Shown here one piece after another: positions 48,291 to 60,104 of a DNA stretch of 64,000 nt. Under the pieces are notes generated by a model. It was not told where the DNA came from. It made no database searches and worked only from the letters and a program-made list of their open reading frames with translations. Every line of letters starts with the position of its first letter. Within the stretch, counting starts at the first letter, position 1. This stretch comes from Nemertoderma westbladi (taxonomy: Eukaryota; Animalia; Xenacoelomorpha): positions 38,035 through 102,034 of the forward strand of contig JAUCBJ010006375.1 in assembly GCA_032718475.1 (NCBI GenBank). Reading direction: 5' to 3'. The translations under genes and the position numbers were made by a program.

Positions 48291-49968
48291 AAGAATAACT
48301 ACGCTACGGTGGGACTGGTGTAATATCGCCGGAGACATTTTTTTAAACGCATATTTTCCTGGTGCGATGGCCAGTTGCTTTTAAGTTGCACATAATCGAA
48401 TCGAAAGGTAATTTTAATATTGTATACCTTAATAGTAATAGGCTTAATAGTATTTGCGCTAGTGATATTTTTCGCTTTTCCAGTTAACATTATTCCATGT
48501 TGTATAAAACAAGTAATGTGGTTGGAGAAAGCTGCTACTAAGCAGCAACCAATCACGTTAATCCTGTTTAACACAGAGTCAATGACAATGGGATATTGCT
48601 AACAAGAATAAGTTCAGGTTACCATTATTCCAAAGTAATCAGATATTACAGTAATTAAGCTGGCTAGTGTTAGTCATCGAGCAAGCCATATAATACTAGT
48701 GGCGTGCAAGCACGCGGCATGTAAATCTTCAATCGTCACAACACTTATATTAATGAATTAATATACTACAGGAAATACGTTTCCCTCTAATGATTCTAAT
48801 TACACCAATTATTGTAGTACTGTACTACAGTTGAAGGCCTACATTATTACTAAATCATTCACCTGGAATTACAGTAGTAAGAAATTCACATTCGCCCATA
48901 CCTTGCTTGACTGAGAAGCTTGAACTCACACTAATCCACTAATGCTACCCTATGAAGAAATTCAAGTTTCTAAGGGAGTGGAGTTTAGGCAGTAGGGCCT
49001 AAGCAAACAGTATGGGTGTACTAAGTACAATACTCTTGGCAACCTCATTGATTTATACTAATCCTGTGTAGAAAACCATTACATAAGCCATTTTTCATCA
49101 TGAACACCAGCTGTTATTGGTGTTATTTTACCATTGCGTCTATGGCACTTTTCGTTTGTTTCATTTTTTCAAAAAACTAATGACTGTATTTTTCTGAAAA
49201 TTACTTTATACACCCATTCAGACCATACACTACAGGAGGGTAAAAAACAACACAATTGACCGGATAGCTTCGGAGCAATTCGTGTGACAAACAAACAGAC
49301 AAACAGACTCGATTTTCTTACAGAAAGTAAACATGGTACAGTTATAATACCAGGCATAATATATGCAAGAAAAGTAAAAAATACCGTGTAGTATAACTGT
49401 ATAACTTATAAGTGGATTAGTTTAATTACAATGATGTACTGTAATTATAATGAAATATTTATAATTAAGTCTGGTTTAGTAATAAACTTACTATACTTAT
49501 ACAGTATCCCATTGAAGTCCTTTGCCACGTAGTAATAATATTCAATATGGGCAAAATGCAAGTCTCACATATCGGTTCATCACCCCGAAACTCGTGTTGC
49601 GTTTTATTCACACAACTTTTATGATACCGGTACCACTTCGTGCAAACGCTACATCCTATTCAATTGGTCCGAGGTCTGTAGCATTCCCAACACGCGAGTT
49701 AACAAAAAGAACAGAACAGGCAGCATGGAAATGGTTTAGTTTCGCTGACCGTTCTCCTTTAATGAGTTTGTTGTTTGTGCCTCAATAACGCAGCTAGGTT
49801 GTTGTGTACTTCTACTTGTTATAACATAAATTACATTCCACTACTTTTTAATCGTCTCATTACCTGATTACTGCTCCCATGTTTTCGCTTACATGTTTAT
49901 TTAAGTTATATTTCGTTGAGGAACTTTTATTACAATCCGGGAAGGTACAATTATTATAGTTTCAGTTT

Positions 49969-50670
49969 TCACTTTGCAAATCTGATGCGCACTGGTGTTC
50001 CCAAGGGCAGTGGAGAGAGATTTCTGGCGCCCTTGTTATAGTCTTGTTTGGCACGCTGTTGTTGCTGTGGGGTCGTAACTTCAAGCTGGGCGCGCGTGGA
50101 CTGGTGCGTGGCCTTGAAAGCCCGACTGTGGGCAGGTACCCTGGTGTGGATTGGATGTCCAAATAGGATCTCAGCGGGTGAGAGGCCTGTAGCCAGTGGT
50201 GAATTACGGAACTCAAGTAAACCCTCAAGGAATTCGTCCGAGAGTAACTTTACCATCTGTCTTGGTGAGTAAGGCCTTTGTGGCTTTGACTGCCGCCTCG
50301 GCATGGCCATTATAGATTGGGCATATGTGGCCGGGAGGAGGTCACCATATAGATTGACGCCCCATATTTTGAGAAAGGTATTCGTGGCCTCTGCGGTAAA
50401 TTGAGGACCGCCATTAGATCACAGACGTGTTGGGATACCAAAGCGAGTAAAAACATCACGGAGGTGCTTAGTCAGTTAGTTAGGGAAGCAGCATTTGGTG
50501 GTGCTTGGTGCCCAAAAACTTCGGGCCACCCCGAGTAGCGGTCAGCGACTATTAGAAAGTCTTTACCATTGAGTGCGAAGTAGTCCCCAAATATATCCTC
50601 GAATCGAATGGCCTCATTGGTTGGGATTCAGAGATTAGTGGCTCCTTCTGGTGAGCTGGGCGGAACCTAA
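49969..50670 (-). mobile_element. Ty3/Gypsy LTR-retrotransposon integrase remnant
   Basis: Minus frames give EDIFGDYFALNGKDFLIVADRYSGWPEV, FTRFGIP..*SNGGPQF, QSIMAM/NGHAEAAVK, LLEFRNSPLATGLSPAEILFG; stops and frameshifts present. Confidence 0.85.
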
Positions 50671-50955
50671 TGCAGAATAACGAGTAATATTCTAATATAA
50701 TTTTACTGTAATATGTCCTACATGGATTATCCTTATTTCTGTAATTTGTTATATTTTTATATAATATATTTTTATTGATTCTGGCGTAATTTAACTAAAC
50801 TAGCAGTACACCCCAGTGCTTGTCAGCTTGTACACTACAGCTGTACAGCACTACCGTCTGACCGTCTACAGGTCTATCTAATATATTTCTGGTAGGCCTA
50901 CCGCTACAGCGCTACCGGTGCCTATTTTCATTTTTGAACAACAACAAAAATAACA

Positions 50956-51774
50956 ATGATTCTCCAGGGTTGTAAACATCTAATAAAACCCCGCATCCGC
51001 AAACAACGACACTTCCGTTGTTCCAGCTCGGACGCGCCGTCGGTGCTCGCTATCCGACGCGAGGATGGAATCGGGTGGGAGAGACGGGCGCCGTTGGCTC
51101 CCGCCCAAGTCCGCAAGTTAACGGAAGCCGATATAAAAGTTCTCGTCCAGCCGTCGAACAAACGATCCTTCTCTATGAAGGAGTACCAAACAGCGGGGGC
51201 GGCTATTCAAGAAGACATAGGCGAAGCTTCTCTTATTATGGGTGTGAAACAAGTTCCTATCGATAAACTTATTCCTAATAAAACCTACGCCTTTTTCTCG
51301 CACACGATAAAAGCACAAGAACCGAATATGCCGTTGTTAGACGCGATTATAGACCGTGGTATTCGGTTAATCGACTATGAGAGAATGTTGGACGGTACAG
51401 GGAAGCGAGTTGTAGCGTTCGGTAAATGGGCGGGGGTTTCCGGTATGTTTAACATCCTCCACGGGTTGGGGTTGCGACTGCTCGCGTTGGGGCATCACAC
51501 CCCCTTCCTGCACATCGGGTTGGCGCACAACTACCGGGACAGCGCCACCGGTATGCAGGCCATCCGCGACGCCGGCTACGAGATCGCCCTGGGCTACATG
51601 CCCCAGAGCATCGGGCCCTTGACCGTGGTGTTCACGGGCTCTGGTAATGTCTCCCAGGGCGCCCAGGAGGTCTTCCGGGCGTTGCCACATCAGTACGTCG
51701 CCCCAGAGGAGCTGAGGGATGTAGCGTTGCGAGGGGATACCAACAAAATATACGCTACCGTTATTCGTCGCAAG
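50956..51774 (+). CDS. AASS: AASS exon 1
   Basis: 273 codons, donor GTGCGT at 51775. Confidence 0.93.
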
Positions 51775-54700
51775 GTGCGTTGCGGTTATGTATAATTGGG
51801 CTGGGGGGGGGGGGGGGGGGGTGTATTGTATTGACAACAGTACTATATAATATTATTATTACAACTATATCCTTCAAATCTATATCAATATCCTATGGGC
51901 CTAATAAAATATTTATTTATTTCTCTTTAATAGGTGCATTCCATGTTACGTGTGTTTCATCCTGATATAATTTTTGAAGTTTATCATGCAAATTTTATTA
52001 GAAAACACTTCACAAACAATAACTTATAGTTTCTGTATAATTGTTTGGTTATTCCATGTTGTGTTTGTGAAATATTCTTGAACAAAAGTAAATATTAGAT
52101 TCTCAGTAAGCATTTAAAAAAGTGTTATGTATGTTACACATGAAATGCACCCAAAATTGGACAAATAATGTAAGTTAAATTTCATGAAAATCAAGAGTAT
52201 TAGTAATGCAGAGCAGTGACTATCCGATATAATTAGATATCTAAAATGATAAATAACATAGTTGCAAGGAATAAAACCAATTCTGACTATAGTAGTAGAC
52301 CAAAAATGCGAGTGACTCCCGTTACGTGTGTTACGTTACGTGTGTTACATTACATTTAAGACCACTAATTCATTTGCAAATTAATTTAAGTTCATTCATA
52401 TTGTATACAAATATATGTTTTATATAATAAAACATAGAAAATCAAATTTATAAGCTTCCACTACATTTGGTAAGCCATGGTTACGCATACAAAGTAAGAA
52501 TGTTATGTGCTCTAAAATGCCACAAAGAGTAAAGTATGCGAATAATCCAGTACAACTTACTAGATAATTAAAAAATGTAACACACGTAACATGTTACGTG
52601 TGTTACATGTATGAATTTCAAAGTTATATATTTAATTACCAAATAATTCAATAATATAATAACATCAAATAGAAATTATATACCATTCATTAAGGGGGAT
52701 TCACACTGGAGGTAAGAATGACTCGTGACCCGTGTACTCTTTTTTTCATTGGGTAGCTGTCTGTACTCAAGTTTCATGACTAGACATGACTCATTCTTAT
52801 CCAGTGTGAATCCCCCTTAATGAATGGTATATAATTTCTATTTGATGTTATTATATTATTGAATTATTTTGTAATTAAATATATAACTTCGAAATTCATA
52901 CATGTAACACACGTAACATGTTACGTGTGTTACATTTTTTAATTATCTAGTAAGTTGTACTGGATTATTCGCATACTTTACTCTTTGTGGCATTTTAGAG
53001 CACATAACATTCTTACTTTGTATGCGTAACCATGGCTTACCAAATGTAGTGGAAGCTTAGAAATTGCAACTTTTAGTTATATTATGTTACGTGTGTTACA
53101 AACGAAAAGTAACATTTCATTCGCAATTTGGTAACAACTATATTATCCAGAATTACATTTTGGATGTTTTTCCTTACATTAGACTTTAATACTTATGTAA
53201 TTACAAAGTTTTAGTAAACATTAATTTTTTTATCATTTCCAGCCAAATTCATTATAAGTGCAATTTTTATTTCGATAACTGCAATATTAGGGCAAATTTT
53301 GAAGTCAAATATTTTCAATATAACATGGAATGACTGAGAAACAATCACTGTTCTAGAAAATTCGACCTTCTATGTATATTATAAGATATACAACGACATG
53401 ATAGGAAGGAAAAAATATTTTTTCCTCGGGGACCACTTCTCGTCGTGGAATGGACCAATACAATATTTATAACATCTTAAAGAGGTTTAGTTGCGTTTAT
53501 AAAGATGTAAAAAAAATTAAAATAGACTTTGATTTGAACACTTTCTATTATTATCATTGCTATTTTAGATAAGTATAATTTGTATTTCTTTAAGTTTCTC
53601 CTGATTTACAGTTTTATAGCTTTTATAGTTTCACTTAATGTTGTTATATCCTTTACAGATAATTCGTCACATTGGTAGTATTAATTGAAAATGTGGCACA
53701 TTTTTCATACAGGATAAACTTCAAAATCAAATCAGCAGAAAATGTTGTATAGGCCTACTTCACATGTGGTGCTGTGGCGGGCGGTTGAACGTTGGTGTCC
53801 CGATCGGCCAGTCACAACACAATAACATAACACAGTGACTATAACAGAACACAGTGACTATAACAGAACACAGTGACTATAACAGAACACAGTGACTATA
53901 ACAGAACACAGTGACTATAACAGAACACAGTGACTATAACAGAACACAGTAACTATAACAGAACACAGTGACTATAACCGGACATTGTCAATGAGATTGA
54001 CACTTAATGACAATAAACGAACACTGTTTTGGATAGATCAGTCAGTATACGATGGTTTGAAGACATTCGTGCCCCGAATACTATAAGAATGGTGGTTGAC
54101 TATGTTCTACGCAAGTCTTTAGTCCATCATTGTGAAGATGGTAAGACCCCCTTCTGGCCCCAAAAGTCGATGAAATCCTACTGATATAGGTGACTATCTA
54201 TCTATCTATAATCGGCCTGCTGCATTGAAGCTGTACATTGAGATGATATGATGGCTCAGCAAAATACTTGTGCCACCACCATGCATTCCACAATCGACCA
54301 GCTGTAATCCAGCGTGCATTCATAATGCTATGCCGGCTTATCAATAAAGTTGCACCGCCACAACTCCCTATCCCCCACGACTTTCGCGAGATTATTCGCA
54401 CCTCAAGGTCTGTGTCTTTTAAGATACGTCTCAAGAAAGTCATGGGCTGTCCACAATGCTCATTTTCTCCACGAGGCTGCCAAAGCACAAGATTGTGTAC
54501 AGGCAGACAGGTTGTCTCCACTGCGAAAACAATGTCCTGCAAAGCGGAGGCGGTTCCGTTCAAGTGTCAAGCTAGGGGAGACTAATGGAACACGTCCAAT
54601 GTTGTATAGATTCTGTTTGTAGATGTATTCATTGTACTTGACACAATGAACCCGACGTAGCATTATTGTAAAAAAAAGAAAATGTAAAAGTAAATGTATG

Positions 54701-57700
54701 ATTGCCATCCAGATATTAGTATCATCTACAGTTAGAGCCCAGCATGGACTCCCATATAGATAGGAGTACTGGTTCTACTGCTGCTCTAAATAATCGGACC
54801 ATAAGTTTACGATGAATTATATGTGACTTCAAAATCCTGGAAAGCCCATTCAAGGCTGGCCATGCCTTTCCCTTACGTATTCGAAGGTCCTAACCTGAGT
54901 TCAGGACCCACGATCCCAGGTGAGTTGTACCAAGCATACCATCCTCAGAGTTTATGATCGTACGACCAGATATTTCCTGAGGACTGTCTAAGTTAATTCT
55001 CAAAGTTATAGTCTTCTTGGAGTTAACAAACTCCCACTTGTGATTCTGAGGGTGATCCTATGTCGTCAGCAGATGTTCTCTCAGAATTACTAGAGGGCGC
55101 CCAATGGGTCTTCAGCTCTTAGAACAGGCTGCTTCTGGTGTTGGTCTATCTGTTAACATTTTTGTTAAAATTTTGACAGTGAACTTCGACAATCCCCAGG
55201 AAATATCTGAAAGTACGAGCATAAACTCTAAGGATTGTGTGCTTGATACACGCCTCCAAAAGGAGACTGGCTTTGAAGATGCGGATAATCTCGCTAAAGT
55301 AAAGTCATGGGCGAGTGGCGGTGCAATTTTTTCTATAAGCCGGCATAGCAATCTCCATGTGAGGCTGCAGTACCTAGTAGAAGTAGCTCAGGACAATAAC
55401 CGCACACTTTATATTTATCTTATCATTTAGGACTATCTGAAACGGAAGGACGATGGATCATTCGATCAATCCGAGTACGACGAACGTCCGGAACTCTACC
55501 GTTCAATATTCGGTTCGGCCTACGCCCCCTACACCAGCGTGTTGGTTAACGGGATATTCTGGAACGTGAACTCACCTCGGGTGCTGTCGCTGGGCGACCT
55601 GGACCCGTTGCTGTCGGGAGCGACGGCCCCCGAGCGGGTAACCGGACCCGGCTGCCCCGGACTGCCCCATCGACTCCTCGCCATCTGCGACATATCCGCG
55701 GACCCCTGCGGCTCCATAGAGTTCATGGAGGAGTGCACCACCATAGACGCGCCGTTCGCAGTCTACGACCGCGCCAACAACCGCAGCAACTCGGTGGAGG
55801 GGCCTGGGGTTCTCATGTGTTCCGTCGACAACATGCCGGCCCAGATCCCGCGCGAGGCGACCAACTACTTCGGGGAGCGGCTGTACCCGTACGTCGCGGA
55901 GATGCTGCGATCGCGCGCCGTGGCACCGCTTCCCGCGGACGTCTCGTCCACTATCGCGGACGCCGTAATCGCTGCCAACGGGAAGCTCTCGCCCCCGTAC
56001 GAGTACATCCAGACGCTGCGGATCCGTCGGATTCAGCAGGCAGTCCGGAGCCACTCGGTGCCGCGCCCTGAGCCGCCGGCGCGTCGCGGAAAGGTGCTCG
56101 TGCTCGGTTCCGGGTTCGTGTGCGGTCCCGTAGTCGCGAATCTAACGAGAGACGGAAACATCGCGGTAACCGTCGCCTCAGATATCAAACAGGTAAATGT
56201 TGGTATATCATAATGTTTCTCGTTTAACTTCGCTGTCCGTTGTCTGTTAATATTGCAGATGACCGAAACTCTAAACATTTCGTGGCCAGAACAGAATTTA
56301 ATTTTTAATTTTCGGTGAGAAACTATCAATCCAATATTTTCGGGACGTTGTTAATAAGCTGTTCCTTCCGATGCGTATCTCCCTTAATTCTTCCTTATTT
56401 TTGTATTCCTCTATACACCTCCAACGAGGTAAAATAACAATATTATCACATATTATAATTATAGCATAATACATATAGTCACATATAGTCATATAGTTAC
56501 ATACAATCGCATATAGTTAAATTATATATTAATACAGCAAATAAGCACAGGGAATAGGAGCACAAATAGTATTTAGTTCAGTTGCAAGTTCAAGGGTATT
56601 GGTGGGCATGCGTCACATTGTAGAACATGATATCGCTGTGGGCAAGGTAATAAACAGTAGCGGCAGTAGCAGAGTGGTGAAAGTGTGTGGAAAGGCTTTT
56701 CGTTCGTACATTTATTAGGAAGGGATCTAGGGGTCTTAACCTCGAATGATAAGTTTATTTTACCGAAAATAACTTATCTTTTATTGGCGCAATTTGGCGC
56801 AAAAAATACAGCTTGCCAACACATTGTTACTATCAATTTTCGTTTGTACAGAGTTTATGGTGAAAACCGTGGGCGGTCGTCCTGGCAATGATGTGTCGGT
56901 TTGGCCAGTTTCCATGTAGATGTAGTAAATGGCGGTCCCATTTCGTAGAGTTCAGAAGGAAAATTGTTTTCTCGGTCCTGTCTAAATTCATGGTATTTTT
57001 CAATTACACCAGTGTCAAAAATGGTTGGATATTTTAGTAAAATGTCAGCAATGAATGTTTTCTCTCTGAGTAGGTGCGCAGCGCCAACGTCGATGCAGCT
57101 GATATATGTAAACCCAGCATTCTCTTTATGTGTGTTGTTTTAATTTGGTCTATTTCCTTTAGGTGTGAGAGCTTAAGTGACGAGCGAATATTAGAAAGGC
57201 ATATATGGCAATGGGTGCAATTTTCATGTGAAATATTCGTAGACCTGTTTCAATGGAAACGAGCTGCAAGTTTGTTATTGATGCAATAATCCTATAGCAC
57301 TTTTTCTTTTTCGATTTTATGTGTTCACTGAAGCTGAGTGAAGTTTGTACTATTACCCCCAGATATTCATACTGGTTGCAGATTGGTACGGTTTGATCCC
57401 CGTAAGTAAAGTTATCAGTACAAACTAGGTGGCCTCCTTTGCGAAATTTAATTATCTTTGTTTTGTCCATATTAACTTCCATATTATTGTTTATATACCA
57501 GGTGTGAGTTATGTCTATAGAGCGTCTTGAATTGCCTGTTTGTCCGTTGAATAAAAAACAAGATCGTCCGCATAGAACAAAAACTTTAAGTGTGTAATTG
57601 CCTGACGTAACATAGTTGCCAAATCAGCGATAAATATAATAAAACACGTAGGCGAAAAGCGGTCTCCCTGTACTATGCCTCGGAGCTGCAGAATTTTGTC

Positions 57701-59999
57701 GGTGATGCAAAGCCCATCGAAAATACAAATATAGTTAAATTGTAATAAATCCTTGATCACGTCAAACAGTTTACCTTTGATGCCAAAGTCATAGATTTTC
57801 GACAACAGAATCGCTCGGTGTACAAAATCAAAGGCTTTACGATAATCAATGAAGCAGACGTATACGTTCCTATCCACTCGGTTAGGTGGTTGTACGGCTG
57901 TGGCTATGAATGTATGTAAGATTTGTATGGCGTGGGAACAGGATCTGCTAGGTCTGAAACCGAACTGCTCGTCAGGAAAAAGTTGTGAAACAAACAAACG
58001 TACACGAGTATTGATTATGGAAGTAAACGTTTTTAACAGAACTGAAATCAAGGCGATCCGCCTATAGATATTGGGGTTGTTTATTGCTCCCTTCCCTTTG
58101 TAAAGAATCATAATGAGGTTTTCTTTCCAAATAAGCGGTATCCGTCCTAAGTTGAGGCACGAGTTGTATAAAGTCACTAGTATCGTTAGGATAAACGGCA
58201 TTATTAATTTAAGATGCTCTTAGTAAATCCCGTCTAAACCATTGGCTTTCCCATTTGCGGAAATGTTAATGCTGGCTGTAATTTCATCTTCTGTTATAGG
58301 CGAGTTAAACCATTGTTCATCTTGTCGTTCCTCAACAGAGGTTGAAGGAATGGTTGGCGGGTTTGGGGGGTTAATGGCGTGGCGGCTCCGACTGAGTTTT
58401 GAAAGTGAACCTGGAGTGTGGCTGAGTCAATGGGCGTGACTGTCCGTTTATGCTTCTTGAAAATTAGCCATGGCTTGGTCACGGAACGATCTATCAGAGC
58501 CATTAGCATTTCCTCGCTGTGTGCCTCGCGTTTTCCTTTTATTAACGATTTATATTGTTTGCGAGTATCCCAGTAGTACTGCTTGTGGAGATCAGAGTTA
58601 TTTCTAGAACGCATTGCAGAAACCAGCTGGCCTATAAGATTCCTGCACTCTTGGTGGAACCAAGGTTTGCCAGAGCGAGAAGGTTTTTTAGCAGGTGTTG
58701 ATCGCTTCTTATTAATTAATTATTAATTATTATTAATTCTTCCTTATTGACTTATAGGAAGCTGATCTTATGGCTAAGATCTACCCCAACGTTATGAGTG
58801 TCGGACTCAACGTGCGAACCAACATCGACAATCTCTCCATGTTGGTAGAGGAACACGACGCTGTGGTCTCTCTCCTCCCGTGGACGCTCCACCCCATCGT
58901 GGCCGACGTCTGTATCCGACGAGGTCGCAACATGATAACCAGCAGCTATCTGACCCCCGAGGTGGAGGCCTTGCACGATAGAGCGGTGTCCGCCGGCGTC
59001 TCCTTGGTGATGGAGATGGGTATGGACCCGGGGATAGACCACCTCCTCGCGATGGAGTGCATCGACGAGGTGCGGGACTCTGGTGGCTCGGTTACCTCGT
59101 TCGTGTCGATGTGCGGCGGGATTCCGGCCCCGGAGTGCGCCGACAACCCGCTGCGCTACAAGTTCAGTTGGAGTCCCCAGGGGATGCTGCTGGCGGGGAT
59201 CCAGCCTGTTCGCTTCCTCGAGAACGAGGTCCTCGTCGACTCGGGAACCGCGTGGGAGCACGCGCGTCCTCTCACCGAGTTCCCGGGGCTGCAGCTGGAG
59301 GGCTACCCCAACCGGGACTCCATGGTGTACGCGGCCCGCTACGGGATCACCCCCGGAAAGCACTTCCTCCGCGGGACCATCCGGTACGCGGGGTTTGCGG
59401 AGTCCTGCATCGCGTTGCAACGCCTCGGTCTGCTGGAGACCCGCGCGCACCCGCGGTTGGCGCCGGACGCGCCCTCGCTCACCTGGCGGGAGTTCGTCGC
59501 GGAGTCCATCGGCGCGGAGGCTACGACCCCCGGACTACAGGACGCGCTCGCCGAGTTCCTCGGGAGCGAACCCCAGTCCCGACTCGTCGAACAGATCGGA
59601 TTGCTCTCCGAGGAGAACCTCCCCCAGATGGGCTCTCCCCTCGCCACTCTCTCCAACTTCCTCGCTACTCGTCTCGTCTTCCGCTCCGGGGAGCGCGACA
59701 TGATTCTACTGAAACACATAATCGGGGTCTCGTGGCCCGGAAGTCGGCCCGACGAAATCCACGATGTGAGTCTGTTGGTGTTCGGGGACGAGAACTCGTC
59801 GGCGATGGCGCGATGCGTCGGCTCGCCGTGCTCGATCGCTACCCGGATGGTACTGGACGGCGAGATCTCCCGTGCCGGAACCGTCCTCCCGACCTCCAAG
59901 GATCTCTACAAGCCGATGTTGGAGAAACTCGCCGGGATGGGGATTCGCGCCCACAAGAAGGTCGTAGTGGCTCCCTTATCGAACTTGGCCTACAGCTGA
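50956..59999 (+). CDS. AASS: Alpha-aminoadipic semialdehyde synthase (LKR/SDH), exons 50956-51774, 55431-56192, 58758-59999; 940 aa
   Basis: LKR motifs [70 protein letters not shown]; SDH motifs [52 protein letters not shown]. Basic N-terminal mitochondrial-type leader. Both introns GT-AG, phase 0. Confidence 0.96.
51933..53456. mobile_element. ~1.5-kb non-autonomous TIR element with 4-bp TSD (AATA)
   Basis: AATA+GGTGCATTCCATG ... CGTGGAATGGACC+AATA; internal GTTACGTGTGTTAC subrepeats. Confidence 0.6.
52694..52816. mobile_element. ~125-bp TTAA-flanked MITE (Kolobok-like)
   Basis: TTAA+GGGGGATTCACACTGGA ... TCCAGTGTGAATCCCCC+TTAA. Confidence 0.7.
53825..53980. repeat. 19-bp tandem repeat x8 (ACAGAACACAGTGACTATA)
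   Basis: Direct reading. Confidence 0.93.
54200..55350. mobile_element. Degenerate RTE-like LINE 3' fragments (minus-strand copy ~54200-54900; short opposite-orientation copy ~55200-55350)
   Basis: Minus frame [36 protein letters not shown] resembles an RTE ORF C-terminus; ATGCTATGCCGGCTTAT occurs at 54326 and, inverted, near 55335-55350. Confidence 0.6.
55431..56192 (+). CDS. AASS: AASS exon 2
   Basis: TTTAG acceptor, [16 protein letters not shown]...VASDIKQ, 254 codons, donor GTAAAT. Confidence 0.93.
56560..58700 (-). mobile_element. LINE retrotransposon ORF2 fragment with reverse-transcriptase domain, disrupted
   Basis: [93 protein letters not shown]; internal stops. Confidence 0.92.
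58758..59999 (+). CDS. AASS: AASS exon 3
   Basis: TTATAG acceptor, [10 protein letters not shown]... to TGA. Confidence 0.93.
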   Translation, partial: EADLMAKIYPNVMSVGLNVRTNIDNLSMLVEEHDAVVSLLPWTLHPIVADVCIRRGRNMITSSYLTPEVEALHDRAVSAGVSLVMEMGMDPGIDHLLAMECIDEVRDSGGSVTSFVSMCGGIPAPECADNPLRYKFSWSPQGMLLAGIQPVRFLENEVLVDSGTAWEHARPLTEFPGLQLEGYPNRDSMVYAARYGITPGKHFLRGTIRYAGFAESCIALQRLGLLETRAHPRLAPDAPSLTWREFVAESIGAEATTPGLQDALAEFLGSEPQSRLVEQIGLLSEENLPQMGSPLATLSNFLATRLVFRSGERDMILLKHIIGVSWPGSRPDEIHDVSLLVFGDENSSAMARCVGSPCSIATRMVLDGEISRAGTVLPTSKDLYKPMLEKLAGMGIRAHKKVVVAPLSNLAYS

Positions 60000-60104
60000 A
60001 TGAACTTATTCCTATTAGCTTAGTAATTAGGGTTGGTGGACCCATTGCGGTGCTTCTGTTTGATCTATTGGTACGCGGTGTTTCTGTTATATAACTGGCG
60101 GTGG

